A stretch of DNA of 64,000 bases, from NCBI GenBank assembly GCA_964585475.1, contig CAZPDF010000001.1, positions 1,441-65,440 on the forward strand, read 5' to 3'. How positions within the stretch are numbered: position 1 is the first letter of the stretch; every line of letters starts with the position of its first letter. The position numbers and the translations under genes are program-made. The notes under the pieces are model-generated. The model was given only the letters and a program-made list of their open reading frames with translations. It did no database searches and had not been told where the DNA came from. The DNA comes from an uncultured Candidatus Saccharibacteria bacterium. Lineage in GTDB: Bacteria; Patescibacteriota; Minisyncoccia; Sungbacterales; HO2-52-23. Below, piece after piece: positions 8,379 through 16,270 of the stretch.

Positions 8379-8987
8379 TTGTATGCCAATATGGAGAACC
8401 TGAAAAAATCAGCATTGATATTCGGGATTATGGCCGTAGCGCTTGCGCTTGTATTCAGCGCGACTATGTCGGTGCGCGCCGATTCGGACGATAACGACTT
8501 GGAGGATTTGTTTGAAGGAAAGGGAGCGTTTAAGTTTGATAAGTTCCCGCCGGGGCTTGATAAAAAGCGCGATCTTCCCAAGGGTCCGAGTTTCACCGTA
8601 AATCCGCAGGGCCGAGTGTTAATTAGCGCGGGGGAAGTTACCGAAGCGAATTGGCCGAATCTCAAAGTTAAGGTGTGGGGTCTTTCGTTGAGTGTTCACG
8701 TTATGCCGAATGCGGTTATCCACGGAGCAGCCGCACCGGTCGTAAATACGAGCACTTCAACCGCAACGACCACTCCCCCTACAACTACGGGTGGGGTATC
8801 GGTAGGCGACAAAGTGGATATTTTGGGGGAGATGGAGTCCTCGACCGGCCTGATCCACGCGCTTCATTTCAAGAACCGTTCGCAAACTGACCATACGATT
8901 AATGCGCTCCAGCAGAGAATCCAGGAACTCTTGAAGGAGATTGAGAAAATCCGCCAGAGTCTTAAGGATATCCGGAAGGGACTGTAA
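8379..8987 (+). CDS. secreted hypothetical protein (Thr-rich linker)
   Basis: 202 aa with signal peptide LIFGIMAVALALVFSA, a TSTSTATTTPPTTT linker and a C-terminal helix. Confidence 0.5.
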   Translation: MYANMENLKKSALIFGIMAVALALVFSATMSVRADSDDNDLEDLFEGKGAFKFDKFPPGLDKKRDLPKGPSFTVNPQGRVLISAGEVTEANWPNLKVKVWGLSLSVHVMPNAVIHGAAAPVVNTSTSTATTTPPTTTGGVSVGDKVDILGEMESSTGLIHALHFKNRSQTDHTINALQQRIQELLKEIEKIRQSLKDIRKGL

Positions 8988-8997
8988 TTTGTTGCAT

Positions 8998-9038
8998 CGA
9001 GAAAAACGAATACGCCACCCGGGTGGCGTATTCGTTTT
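8998..9038. terminator. bidirectional rho-independent terminator
   Basis: AAAAACGAATACGCCACCC GGG TGGCGTATTCGTTTT, a 15-bp stem with U-runs on both strands. Confidence 0.7.
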
Positions 9039-9159
9039 GGTGGGCAGTGAAGGAATCGAACCCCGTAGCAGAACCTTCGGTTCGCTACGGGGCAGGCCTA
9101 CGGCCTTCGCGGTGTAAACGCGACGCTCTTCCGGGGATTCTTCTATTTCGAGTGTAAAT
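9039..9159 (-). other. tRNA-Val-like element with genomically encoded 3' CCA (fragmentary or unusual tRNA)
   Basis: Minus strand contains a second copy of the Val anticodon arm TCGCG TTTACAC CGCGA, a GGCCGTAGGCC hairpin, a 9-bp hairpin CCCCGTAGC..GCTACGGGG, a T-loop-like GGTTCGATTCC and ...CACTGCCCACCA. No cloverleaf 5' acceptor partner was found. Confidence 0.3.
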
Positions 9160-9231
9160 TGGGCGCTCAAGGGATCGAACCTTGGGCCTTCTCGGTGTAA
9201 ACGAGACGCTCTACCACTGAGCTAAGCGCCC
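9160..9231 (-). tRNA. tRNA-Val(TAC)
   Basis: GGGCGCT TA GCTC AGTGGTA GAGC G TCTCG TTTACAC CGAGA AGGCC CAAGG TTCGATC CCTTG AGCGCCC A. Confidence 0.85.
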
Positions 9232-9235
9232 AAAA

Positions 9236-9667
9236 TTATTCTCCGGTCCAGCTTAATATCCAGCGCGGCTTGATTTTTAAAGTCACTCGGGAGCCGGCCT
9301 CCAGCAGCTCCTTAAAATATTTCCCCGCTTTTTCTTTTGGCAAGTACTTATATGCGAGCCGTTCTAAAAGCTTTCCTTCCGGGTCGTCCTCCATGGTGAC
9401 ATCTCCGTAACCGACAACCGCAGCATAAGGTAGAGAGTGTTCAGCAATAGAAAACCCCGCCTTGGGATCCTCCTTTAAATTTCTCGTCTTTTTACGTCCC
9501 GGGGTGGTGCTGACCAAAAAGTTTTCTCCATCATACTCAAACCACACCGGAGTTACATGAGGATATCCTTCCGGCGTAATTGTCGCAATATCCATCAGGA
9601 CAGGACGCTGAAAAAATTTTTTCATTTGTTCCGGAGTCATCCCCGGAGTTACTGGATTTGAAGACAT
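9236..9667 (-). CDS. pyridoxamine 5'-phosphate oxidase-family (FMN-binding split-barrel) protein
   Basis: 143 aa with MDIATITPEGYPHVTPVWFEYDGENFLVST, typical of the PPOX/general-stress-protein-26 fold. Confidence 0.7.
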   Translation of the reverse strand: MSSNPVTPGMTPEQMKKFFQRPVLMDIATITPEGYPHVTPVWFEYDGENFLVSTTPGRKKTRNLKEDPKAGFSIAEHSLPYAAVVGYGDVTMEDDPEGKLLERLAYKYLPKEKAGKYFKELLEAGSRVTLKIKPRWILSWTGE

Positions 9668-9668
9668 A

Positions 9669-9740
9669 TGCGCGCTGAGGGGATTGAACCCCCGACCTAC
9701 TCTACGTCAAAGAGTCGCTCTACCACTGAGCTACGCTCGC
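9669..9740 (-). tRNA. tRNA-Val(GAC); two acceptor-stem mismatches
   Basis: GCGAGCG TA GCTC AGTGGTA GAGC G ACTCT TTGACGT AGAGT AGGTC GGGGG TTCAATC CCCTC AGCGCGC A. A4:G69 and G7:A66 do not pair. Confidence 0.55.
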
Positions 9741-9822
9741 AAGTGTAACGGGGCAAGCTACCGCCTAATTTGATGAATTAGGCGAGCCTCGCTCAGCTTT
9801 GATGAGCGGGAGCCAAACGCCC

Positions 9823-10011
9823 TTATGATTTCTTCAATTTTTTAAGTTCTTCAAGTTCCGCCTGAAGATTGGCGCGTAGTTTTTCCTGCTCTTCCGGCGT
9901 TAAATCCGAAATAATATTTTTCCAGAATTTCAATTCTTCCGCATCTTCGCCAAGAAGGAGCAGTTCGTCAATGGTTGCCCCGATGTCATTATTTTTTACG
10001 CCATCGATCAT
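9823..10011 (-). CDS. small acidic hypothetical protein
   Basis: 62-aa ORF whose stop overlaps the start of the upstream gene (ATGA). Confidence 0.35.
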   Translation of the reverse strand: MIDGVKNNDIGATIDELLLLGEDAEELKFWKNIISDLTPEEQEKLRANLQAELEELKKLKKS

Positions 10012-10592
10012 ATCATTGCAGGTCCCGGCTCTAGTTCGTTGAGATATTCTTCTGCCTGTTTCCCCATTCGGCGCACGCCTTGGATAAATTGTTCTCGCTT
10101 GTCCATAAAGTATGACGCAGTTTTTTCAAGGAAAGCAGCTGGCTTTGGAAATTTGTCCTTTGTTTTTTGCGCGATTTCCTGCATCATTTCCGGGCCGAAT
10201 TCTATTTTGGCGATAAAGCTCGAAGCGCTTCGCGCGGCAAGCGCTGCCTCCGGCGTGCCGAATGCCGCTAATGCGTAGGAGAGCGCGATCCCGCCGCCGA
10301 TAAGCATATGGTCGAAGCGCTGCCTTGATGTTAATTTTTCGTTGCTTAAGGTTTTCCCGAGCATACCCTCGATCGCGAGTTTGGGAGCATCAATTCCCGG
10401 CACGAAGTTTGCGGCAATATCAATCGTTCGCGAAGTTACCATGTCTTTCAAGAGCCCGAGGCGCCCCTTTTTATGCCGCTCCATCGTCTCTTGGTATTCT
10501 GGAACGAGTATCGATTCCGTGCCCTGGGCCACCGATTCCGCGGGCGGTATCTCGGCTTCTTCAACGGGATTAATGTTTTCAAATGATGGCAT
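10008..10592 (-). CDS. hypothetical protein
   Basis: 194-aa ORF with coding-like composition; no recognisable motif. Confidence 0.45.
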   Translation of the reverse strand: MPSFENINPVEEAEIPPAESVAQGTESILVPEYQETMERHKKGRLGLLKDMVTSRTIDIAANFVPGIDAPKLAIEGMLGKTLSNEKLTSRQRFDHMLIGGGIALSYALAAFGTPEAALAARSASSFIAKIEFGPEMMQEIAQKTKDKFPKPAAFLEKTASYFMDKREQFIQGVRRMGKQAEEYLNELEPGPAMI

Positions 10593-10791
10593 AAGAAATC
10601 AAACCAAAATTTTTTAAAGATGTCTTTTCCGATCGCTATGGTTCCGAAGCCCGTCATGGCGGGCGCGGGAAGTCGGGTTAAGTACTTAGACCCTGCAAGC
10701 AGTATAAGGCTTTTTCGGAGATTTTTCTACTGGCGAGCGTAAGCTATAAGAAAAGCACGTTAATTTCGTGCTTTTGTTTCGCGGTCTATAT

Positions 10792-11562
10792 TTATGGGGA
10801 TTGAATTTTTATGGCGTACGCGTGTTGCTTAAGCGTTTGGGCCGCTGACTTCAGCTTTTCTTGGTGGTGAGGGAAAAGATCTTTTAGGATTTCGGGATCA
10901 AGCTCAAAAATGAGCGCTGCATGCCCCACTATCGGCGCGGCATATGAAGGGTACATTTCCAGCGTTGCTGAATTGGTTGGAACGAACTCGTCTTTTTCGG
11001 CGCGTATCTGAAGGAGCTTCCGGGGATTATTTTGGATATCCTCCCGGAGTTTTGCCAGCCATTTCGAGTCCGGTCGGATTTGGCGCGCGGCCTCATGCCA
11101 GAAGACGAAACGCGCAAGGGATGATCCTCGAAAAGGCGTGCCTGCGGTGACTACCTGGAAGTGCATAAGCTCCGGGTCGCGTGCTTGAGCGGCAAGGATT
11201 ATGAGTCCTCCCATGCTGTGCCCCAAGAACACGAGGTCTTTTTCAAGGTCAGTAAGCCGCAGGCCGTATTTTTGATGCAATCTCTCTTCTTGTTTCGTGA
11301 GAAATTTGTCAAAGCGTGCTGTGAGGGTATCAATGTCTTTTCTCGCCCAGCCGGTGTCGGCGATGACCACATTAAACCCCGCATTCCCCAGCCGCGCACG
11401 CAACGGAAGCATGACCGACGGAGTTCCTCCGAGGCCATAGGCCAGAATTATATTGGGCCTTGTCGGATCAAGCTCGTTTTCTGGAATTGGTATAAGGGAG
11501 CCCGGAAAAAGGAGCAGGAGATACGAGAAAATATAGACCGCTTCTTTAATCCACTCAAACAC
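10792..11562 (-). CDS. alpha/beta hydrolase (lipase/esterase, GHSMGG nucleophile elbow)
   Basis: 256 aa. N-terminal TM/signal, then LAYGLGGTP and the GHSMGG (GxSxG) motif. Confidence 0.75.
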   Translation of the reverse strand: MFEWIKEAVYIFSYLLLLFPGSLIPIPENELDPTRPNIILAYGLGGTPSVMLPLRARLGNAGFNVVIADTGWARKDIDTLTARFDKFLTKQEERLHQKYGLRLTDLEKDLVFLGHSMGGLIILAAQARDPELMHFQVVTAGTPFRGSSLARFVFWHEAARQIRPDSKWLAKLREDIQNNPRKLLQIRAEKDEFVPTNSATLEMYPSYAAPIVGHAALIFELDPEILKDLFPHHQEKLKSAAQTLKQHAYAIKIQSP

Positions 11563-11629
11563 CGTGTTTCTCCTTTGAGAGTGCGTAGTTTATTAGTAGA
11601 GGAAATTAAGTCCGAGGTCAAATTAAATC

Positions 11630-11779
11630 ACCACCCTAGGAGGTTGTCCCAAAACTATAAAAACAACACTTTCGTCATTCTGAGCGAAGCGAAGAATCTC
11701 GTATTTAAGCCATTTCTAAACAGTGGAGATTCTTCACAAAGTTCAGAATGACAGTTTTTAGACAGCCCCCTAGGGGTGG
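11630..11779. repeat. MITE-like nested inverted-repeat element, family A, copy 1
   Basis: Outer IR CACCACCCTAGG/CCTAGGGGTGG. Inner IR CGTCATTCTGAGCGAAGCGAAGAATCTC / GAGATTCTTCACAAAGTTCAGAATGACAG. A second copy is at 49495-49620. Confidence 0.7.
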
Positions 11780-11788
11780 AAACTACAA

Positions 11789-11976
11789 TGGCCCCAATGG
11801 GATTCGAACCCATGTACTGGGCTCTTGCCCTCCCACTTTTTTGTTTGCCGCCACCGGGATTCGAACCCGGGTACCGGGCTTGAAAAGCCCGTGTCCTAGA
11901 CCAAGCTAGACGATGGCGGCGTCAAAAGTGGGAGGGTGAAAAAAGCCCATGTCCTAGGCCTCTAGACGATGGGGCC
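11789..11976 (-). repeat. nested tRNA-Glu locus: Glu-type tRNA-like gene split in the anticodon loop (5' half 11937-11976, 3' half 11789-11824) by an IR-bounded insert carrying the intact tRNA-Glu
   Basis: 5' half GGCCCCA TC GTCT AGAGGCCTA GGAC A TGGGC TTTTTTCA. IR CCCTCCCACTTTT / AAAAGTGGGAGGG, then CAAG A. 3' half GCCCA GTAC ATGGG TTCGAAT CCCAT TGGGGCC A, with a perfect 7-bp acceptor pairing between the halves. Confidence 0.6.
11846..11920 (-). tRNA. tRNA-Glu(TTC)
   Basis: GCCGCCA TC GTCT AGCTTGGTCTA GGAC A CGGGC TTTTCAA GCCCG GTAC CCGGG TTCGAAT CCCGG TGGCGGC A. Confidence 0.85.
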
Positions 11977-12083
11977 AAAATTAAGTTAAAAGCATAAAGT
12001 CAAAAGTTCAAAGTCAACGAACTAACTATATCAAAAATTTGGTAAAATTTCAAATGAAAAAACCCAACTCGACAAGAGTTAGG

Positions 12084-12395
12084 TTAGAAATCTTTGCAGG
12101 CGCCTATAGATGCGGCTTCCTCAAAATCGGTAGGGCTGCCGTCCACCAAGTCTTTAGTATCCTGAACCGGACCTACGAATATGCCGGAGAGTATGCCGGC
12201 AAGGGCATAAAATGGTGCTACCACCACCATCCCTGTGGCTTTTGCCACTTTCATCGCTGGTTGATCTTGGTGATTCAGCAGTGCTTTGGCCGGGCAAGTC
12301 ACAATGGCAGCTGGGCTAGTAACAATCCTGGTAGCCGTGGCACATCCCTGAACGAGAACTGCAGCGACGATCAAAGAACCGACGATTTTTCTCAT
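12084..12395 (-). CDS. small putative lipoprotein
   Basis: 103 aa with signal peptide and LVQGCATA lipobox. Preferred over the overlapping plus-strand ORF 12039-12428. Confidence 0.4.
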   Translation of the reverse strand: MRKIVGSLIVAAVLVQGCATATRIVTSPAAIVTCPAKALLNHQDQPAMKVAKATGMVVVAPFYALAGILSGIFVGPVQDTKDLVDGSPTDFEEAASIGACKDF

Positions 12396-12499
12396 GGGTC
12401 TCTCCTATTCGGGTACCGGATCCATTAGTTGCAAACCCGCGACTTTTTGTCAATAGGCGCGGTCTTTTTTCATCCCCGATTTTATGTTATTTTCTAGGC

Positions 12500-14035
12500 A
12501 TGCGGTACGAAGTTGTCATAGGCCTCGAAATCCACGCGGAGCTCAAAACCAAAACCAAGATGTTTTGCTATTCTTTGAATGACCCGAACGAGAAGCACCC
12601 GAATATAAATGTGTGCCCAATTTGTATGGGGCATCCCGGAACTCTGCCGGTAATAAATGAGGAAGCGGTGAAAAAAGTTATTACGGTGGGGCTTGCTTTG
12701 GGCGGCGAGATTCCCGAATTTTCGCAATTTGACCGCAAGAATTATTTTTATCCCGACTTGCCTAAGGGATACCAGATATCGCAGTATCAACACCCCCTCG
12801 TTCAAGGAGGATATCTTGAACTCCAAATCCCAAATCCCAAATTCCAAATCTCAAACAAATCTCAAATTCCAAATTCTAAGTCCGAAACGCGAGGGATACG
12901 AATCCAGAGAATTCATCTCGAGGAAGATACGGGACGCCTCATACATGATAAAGCGTCCGGCGCTTCGCTAGTTGACTTCAATCGCGCTGGGGTGCCGCTC
13001 ATGGAGTTAGTGACCGAGCCGGATTTGCGATCCGGGGAAGAAGTGAAGAAATTCGGGGAGGAGCTGCAGCGAATCTTGCGTTACCTTGGCGCATCGGACG
13101 CGGATATGGAAAAAGGCCAGATGAGGGTGGAGGTGAATATTTCACTCCGTGAACTACCAACTACCAACGACCAACGACCAACGACCTTAGGCACGAAGGT
13201 AGAAATTAAAAACATCAACTCCTTCAAATATGCCGCTGATGCGGTGGAGTATGAGACCAGACGGCAGAGCGAACTCTTGGAGCGCGGCGAAAAAGTAATT
13301 CAGGAGACGCGGGGGTGGAATGAAAAAAAGCAAGAGACTTTTTCACAGCGTTCCAAGGAAGAAGCGCATGACTACCGCTATTTTCCGGAACCGGATCTCC
13401 CGCCGCTCAAAATTTCGCGGGAATTGGTTGAAGAGCTGCGGGCACGTCTTCCCGAACTGCCGGAGTCAAAAAAGACCCGGTTGGTAAAAGAATACGGGTT
13501 GGAACAGGGCGTGATTGAGATTCTCATACGCGAAAAATCGCTTGCCGATTATTTCGAGGCGGTCGCAAGTGAGCTTATGCAGCACGATAAGGAGACGCCC
13601 GAGAAGTCATCCAAAAATCCAGTTGCTATTGCCGCCTCATTTCTAACGGGCGACTTCCTGCGGATTCTTAATGAAAGCGGGGCGCAAGCAAATGATACTC
13701 GTGTAACTGCAGAAAATTTTGCGGAGCTTGTGATATATTTTGCCGAGGAGAAAGTCTCAAATCTTACCGCGAAGCAAGTCCTTGAGGAAATGTTTCGATC
13801 GGGCGAAGATCCCTCCGATATCATCGATCGCCTGGGGTTATGGCAGATGAGCGATACTGCGGATTTAGAGAATATTGCGGGGCACATTATTGAGGAGAAT
13901 CCCAAAGCGGTTGAGGATTTCCGACGGGGGAAAGAGGCCTCGCTTCAATTTTTGGTGGGGCAGGTGATGAAAGAGACCAGGGGAAAGGCAAATCCGAAGG
14001 TTGTGCTGGAAATATTAAAGAAGCTCATGAGTTAA
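12500..14035 (+). CDS. gatB: aspartyl/glutamyl-tRNA(Asn/Gln) amidotransferase subunit B, carrying two in-frame low-complexity insertions
   Basis: 511 aa. MRYEVVIGLEIHAELKTKTKMFC...CPICMGHPGTLP...IQRIHLEEDTGRL...GVPLMELVTEPD...VEVNISLR...VEIKNINSF, plus the C-terminal YqeY-like tail. Confidence 0.95.
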   Translation: MRYEVVIGLEIHAELKTKTKMFCYSLNDPNEKHPNINVCPICMGHPGTLPVINEEAVKKVITVGLALGGEIPEFSQFDRKNYFYPDLPKGYQISQYQHPLVQGGYLELQIPNPKFQISNKSQIPNSKSETRGIRIQRIHLEEDTGRLIHDKASGASLVDFNRAGVPLMELVTEPDLRSGEEVKKFGEELQRILRYLGASDADMEKGQMRVEVNISLRELPTTNDQRPTTLGTKVEIKNINSFKYAADAVEYETRRQSELLERGEKVIQETRGWNEKKQETFSQRSKEEAHDYRYFPEPDLPPLKISRELVEELRARLPELPESKKTRLVKEYGLEQGVIEILIREKSLADYFEAVASELMQHDKETPEKSSKNPVAIAASFLTGDFLRILNESGAQANDTRVTAENFAELVIYFAEEKVSNLTAKQVLEEMFRSGEDPSDIIDRLGLWQMSDTADLENIAGHIIEENPKAVEDFRRGKEASLQFLVGQVMKETRGKANPKVVLEILKKLMS

Positions 14036-14037
14036 GT

Positions 14038-14763
14038 ATGCGCTATTCTCATGCGATAAAAATTTATCGGAAGCGCTGGCATCTCGGAGTGACATTTCTC
14101 GTCATAGTTTTGCCATTCGTTTTTATTTTAGTTTTTTCGCAAGTTACGGGAGTTGACGCCATGCGCGTCTTTATCGATCTTGGCGCATCTTTCGTGCGCG
14201 TCTTAGTCGCTTATCTTATCTCGATCATTCTGGCAATTTTATTTGCGGTGCTTCTCGGGCAAGGAAAGGTTGGAAATTTTTTCCTGCCGGTATTTGACGT
14301 TTTGCAGAGTTTTCCTGCGTTTGCTCTTCTCCCGCTTCTTACCTTGTGGTTCGGCATAGGCAGCTGGGCGGCGATATTTTTTCTTGTGGCGACCATGCTC
14401 TGGCCGATTCTTTTCTCAACGCTCTCGGCGATCCATATGTCACGAACCGATCTTGCCGAAGCCGCGTTTATCTTCGGCGCCAAGGGAATAAAAAAGTTTT
14501 TTGCCTTTACCGTACCCATTGCTTTCCCCGGGCTTGTCGTGGGTTCTATAGTCGGAATAGGAGAAGGGTGGGAGGCGATCGTCGGTGCGGAAATTATTGG
14601 TATAACTCCCGGCATTGGGGGCTTTCTTAATACAGCATCAACCCAAGCCAATATCCCCGTGCTTACTTTCGGGATAATTGCGCTTCTTCTTTTCTTATTC
14701 ACGTTAAATAAATTAATATGGCTTCCGTTGCTTAAGAAGAGCCACGACTATTCCCATGAATGA
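14038..14763 (+). CDS. ABC transporter permease (NitT/TauT, SsuC-like)
   Basis: 241 aa, six TM segments, EAA-like loop. Overlaps the downstream ATPase gene by 8 nt. Confidence 0.8.
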   Translation: MRYSHAIKIYRKRWHLGVTFLVIVLPFVFILVFSQVTGVDAMRVFIDLGASFVRVLVAYLISIILAILFAVLLGQGKVGNFFLPVFDVLQSFPAFALLPLLTLWFGIGSWAAIFFLVATMLWPILFSTLSAIHMSRTDLAEAAFIFGAKGIKKFFAFTVPIAFPGLVVGSIVGIGEGWEAIVGAEIIGITPGIGGFLNTASTQANIPVLTFGIIALLLFLFTLNKLIWLPLLKKSHDYSHE

Positions 14764-15502
14764 TAAAAATGTAATCAGATCAGACAAAATAAGCCATGTT
14801 TTTTTAACCGAGGACAAAAAACGGATTGAAGTGCTTCGTAATGTGTCGTTTGAAGTGGAGCGGGGGGAGTTTTTTACAATTTTGGGCCCTTCCGGATGCG
14901 GGAAATCAACGCTTTTGAGAATTATCGCCGGTATGGTAAAACCGACCAAGGGGGTTGTTGAGTTTTCGAGCTCCGAAGCCGGAAAGGATTTTGCCATGGT
15001 CTTCCAGTCCTTTGCGATTTTCCCCTGGCTTACGGTGTATGAGAATGTTGAGTTTGGCTTGAAGATGCGTGGTGTCGCAGGAAACGATCGTGAAAATGTT
15101 GCCCGCGAACACATTCAAGAAATCGGGCTTGCTGGCTTTGAGGATACATATCCCAAGGATCTTTCCGGAGGAATGAAACAGCGCGTTGGAATCGCGCGGG
15201 CCCTGGCAATTTCTCCCAAACTTCTTTTGATGGACGAGCCGTTTTCCGCGTTGGATGCTTTCACCGCAGAAAAGCTGCGAAAAGAAGTTCTTGGCCTTTG
15301 GCTAAAAGATAAGATGACTATTGTAATGGTTACGCATTTGGTGGACGAGGCGATTGAGATGTCGGATCGCGTGTTGGTCATGACTCCCCGGCCGGGACAG
15401 GTTGAGGCGGTTCTGCCGATAGAACTTCCTCGGCCGCGCAACAGGAGATCCAAGGATTTTTTTGATGTCGTGGATAAAATTACCGAATTCGTTAAGGTCT
15501 AA
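14756..15502 (+). CDS. ABC transporter ATP-binding protein (NitT/TauT, SsuB-like)
   Basis: Walker A GPSGCGKST, signature LSGGMKQR, Walker B LLLMDEPFSALD. Confidence 0.9.
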   Translation: MNDKNVIRSDKISHVFLTEDKKRIEVLRNVSFEVERGEFFTILGPSGCGKSTLLRIIAGMVKPTKGVVEFSSSEAGKDFAMVFQSFAIFPWLTVYENVEFGLKMRGVAGNDRENVAREHIQEIGLAGFEDTYPKDLSGGMKQRVGIARALAISPKLLLMDEPFSALDAFTAEKLRKEVLGLWLKDKMTIVMVTHLVDEAIEMSDRVLVMTPRPGQVEAVLPIELPRPRNRRSKDFFDVVDKITEFVKV

Positions 15503-15504
15503 GT

Positions 15505-16113
15505 ATGGCGGAGCTTCCCATCGCATTTATTTTTCTCCCGCTTGATTCCGCAACCGCGCTTTATGCGGCCCTGTTTCTAATTTTAATTTTATCCGGCCTC
15601 GGCCTCCCGGTTCCTGAAGAGATAACGCTTCTTTTCGGGGGTTATCTTGCATATCTTGAATTCATCCATTTCTGGCCAACGGTGTATGTTTTAATTCTTG
15701 GAATTGTGGTTGCGGATGCGGCCGGTTATTTTTTGGGCCGCTTTGCGGGCGATTGGGTGTCGCAGAGGATTTCTCGGATCCGGCATCTCTCGCTCTTACT
15801 TGAGAAGGCAAAATTTTATTTCGAGAAACACGGAGAAAAAGTGGTGCTTTTTTCCCGGCCCCTTATCGGGGTGCGGGTGGCGGTGCCGATACTGGCCGGC
15901 CACTTCAAGATGAATTTTGTAAAATTTCTGCTTTTTGATACTATGGCCGCGATTCCCTGGACATTCTTTTTGGTCTCAATCAGTTATTATCTCGGCTCGG
16001 GCCTTGATCTCGTAACCGGAATCAAGGAGGTTAAACATTTCATCTTCATCCTGATTTGGTCCGCGATCGTGGTTTATGCGGTTAGGTTGGTGAGAAAAAT
16101 CAGTCCTCACTAA
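15505..16113 (+). CDS. DedA-family membrane protein
   Basis: 202 aa, multi-TM, DedA core GYFLGRFAG...LFSRPLIGVR. Confidence 0.75.
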   Translation: MAELPIAFIFLPLDSATALYAALFLILILSGLGLPVPEEITLLFGGYLAYLEFIHFWPTVYVLILGIVVADAAGYFLGRFAGDWVSQRISRIRHLSLLLEKAKFYFEKHGEKVVLFSRPLIGVRVAVPILAGHFKMNFVKFLLFDTMAAIPWTFFLVSISYYLGSGLDLVTGIKEVKHFIFILIWSAIVVYAVRLVRKISPH

Positions 16114-16130
16114 ATGTGCATCCGATTTAT

Positions 16131-16201
16131 GCGGGATTAGTACAGTGGTAGTACGCTTGCTTCCCAAGCAAGAGACGCCAGTTCGATTCTGGTATCCCGC
16201 T
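16131..16201 (+). tRNA. tRNA-Gly(CCC)
   Basis: GCGGGAT TA GTAC AGTGGTA GTAC G CTTGC TTCCCAA GCAAG AGAC GCCAG TTCGATT CTGGT ATCCCGC T. Confidence 0.9.
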
Positions 16202-16270
16202 TTTCTGACTTGACAAAACAATACACTTTTGCTACTAATGTTGTTAGTTCTACCAAGGAGAAAAAGGGTT

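Noticed and set aside
9039-9159. tmRNA (ssrA) at the CCA-ending tRNA-like element
   Set aside because: It is only ~120 nt with no tag reading frame, no resume codon or pseudoknots, and no GGGG 5' end that could pair with the ...GCCCACCA 3' end. A two-piece tmRNA cannot be excluded but nothing supports it.
11684-11710. Hammerhead or other small self-cleaving ribozyme in the GTCATTCTGAGCGAAGCGAAG repeat
   Set aside because: The CUGA...GAA spacing does not match the hammerhead core (CUGANGA...GAAA with three helices), and no other ribozyme core was recognisable. It is kept only as a repeat family.
12039-12428. Plus-strand 129-aa ORF overlapping the minus-strand lipoprotein ORF
   Set aside because: The minus-strand product has a clean signal peptide and lipobox. 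The plus-strand translation is Cys/His/Arg-rich and not protein-like.
12821-12890. CRISPR array suggested by the regularly spaced short repeats in gatB
   Set aside because: The repeats are 6-7 nt, contiguous with no spacers, and sit inside an intact coding frame. No cas genes or 25-40-nt repeat/spacer periodicity occur anywhere in the window.
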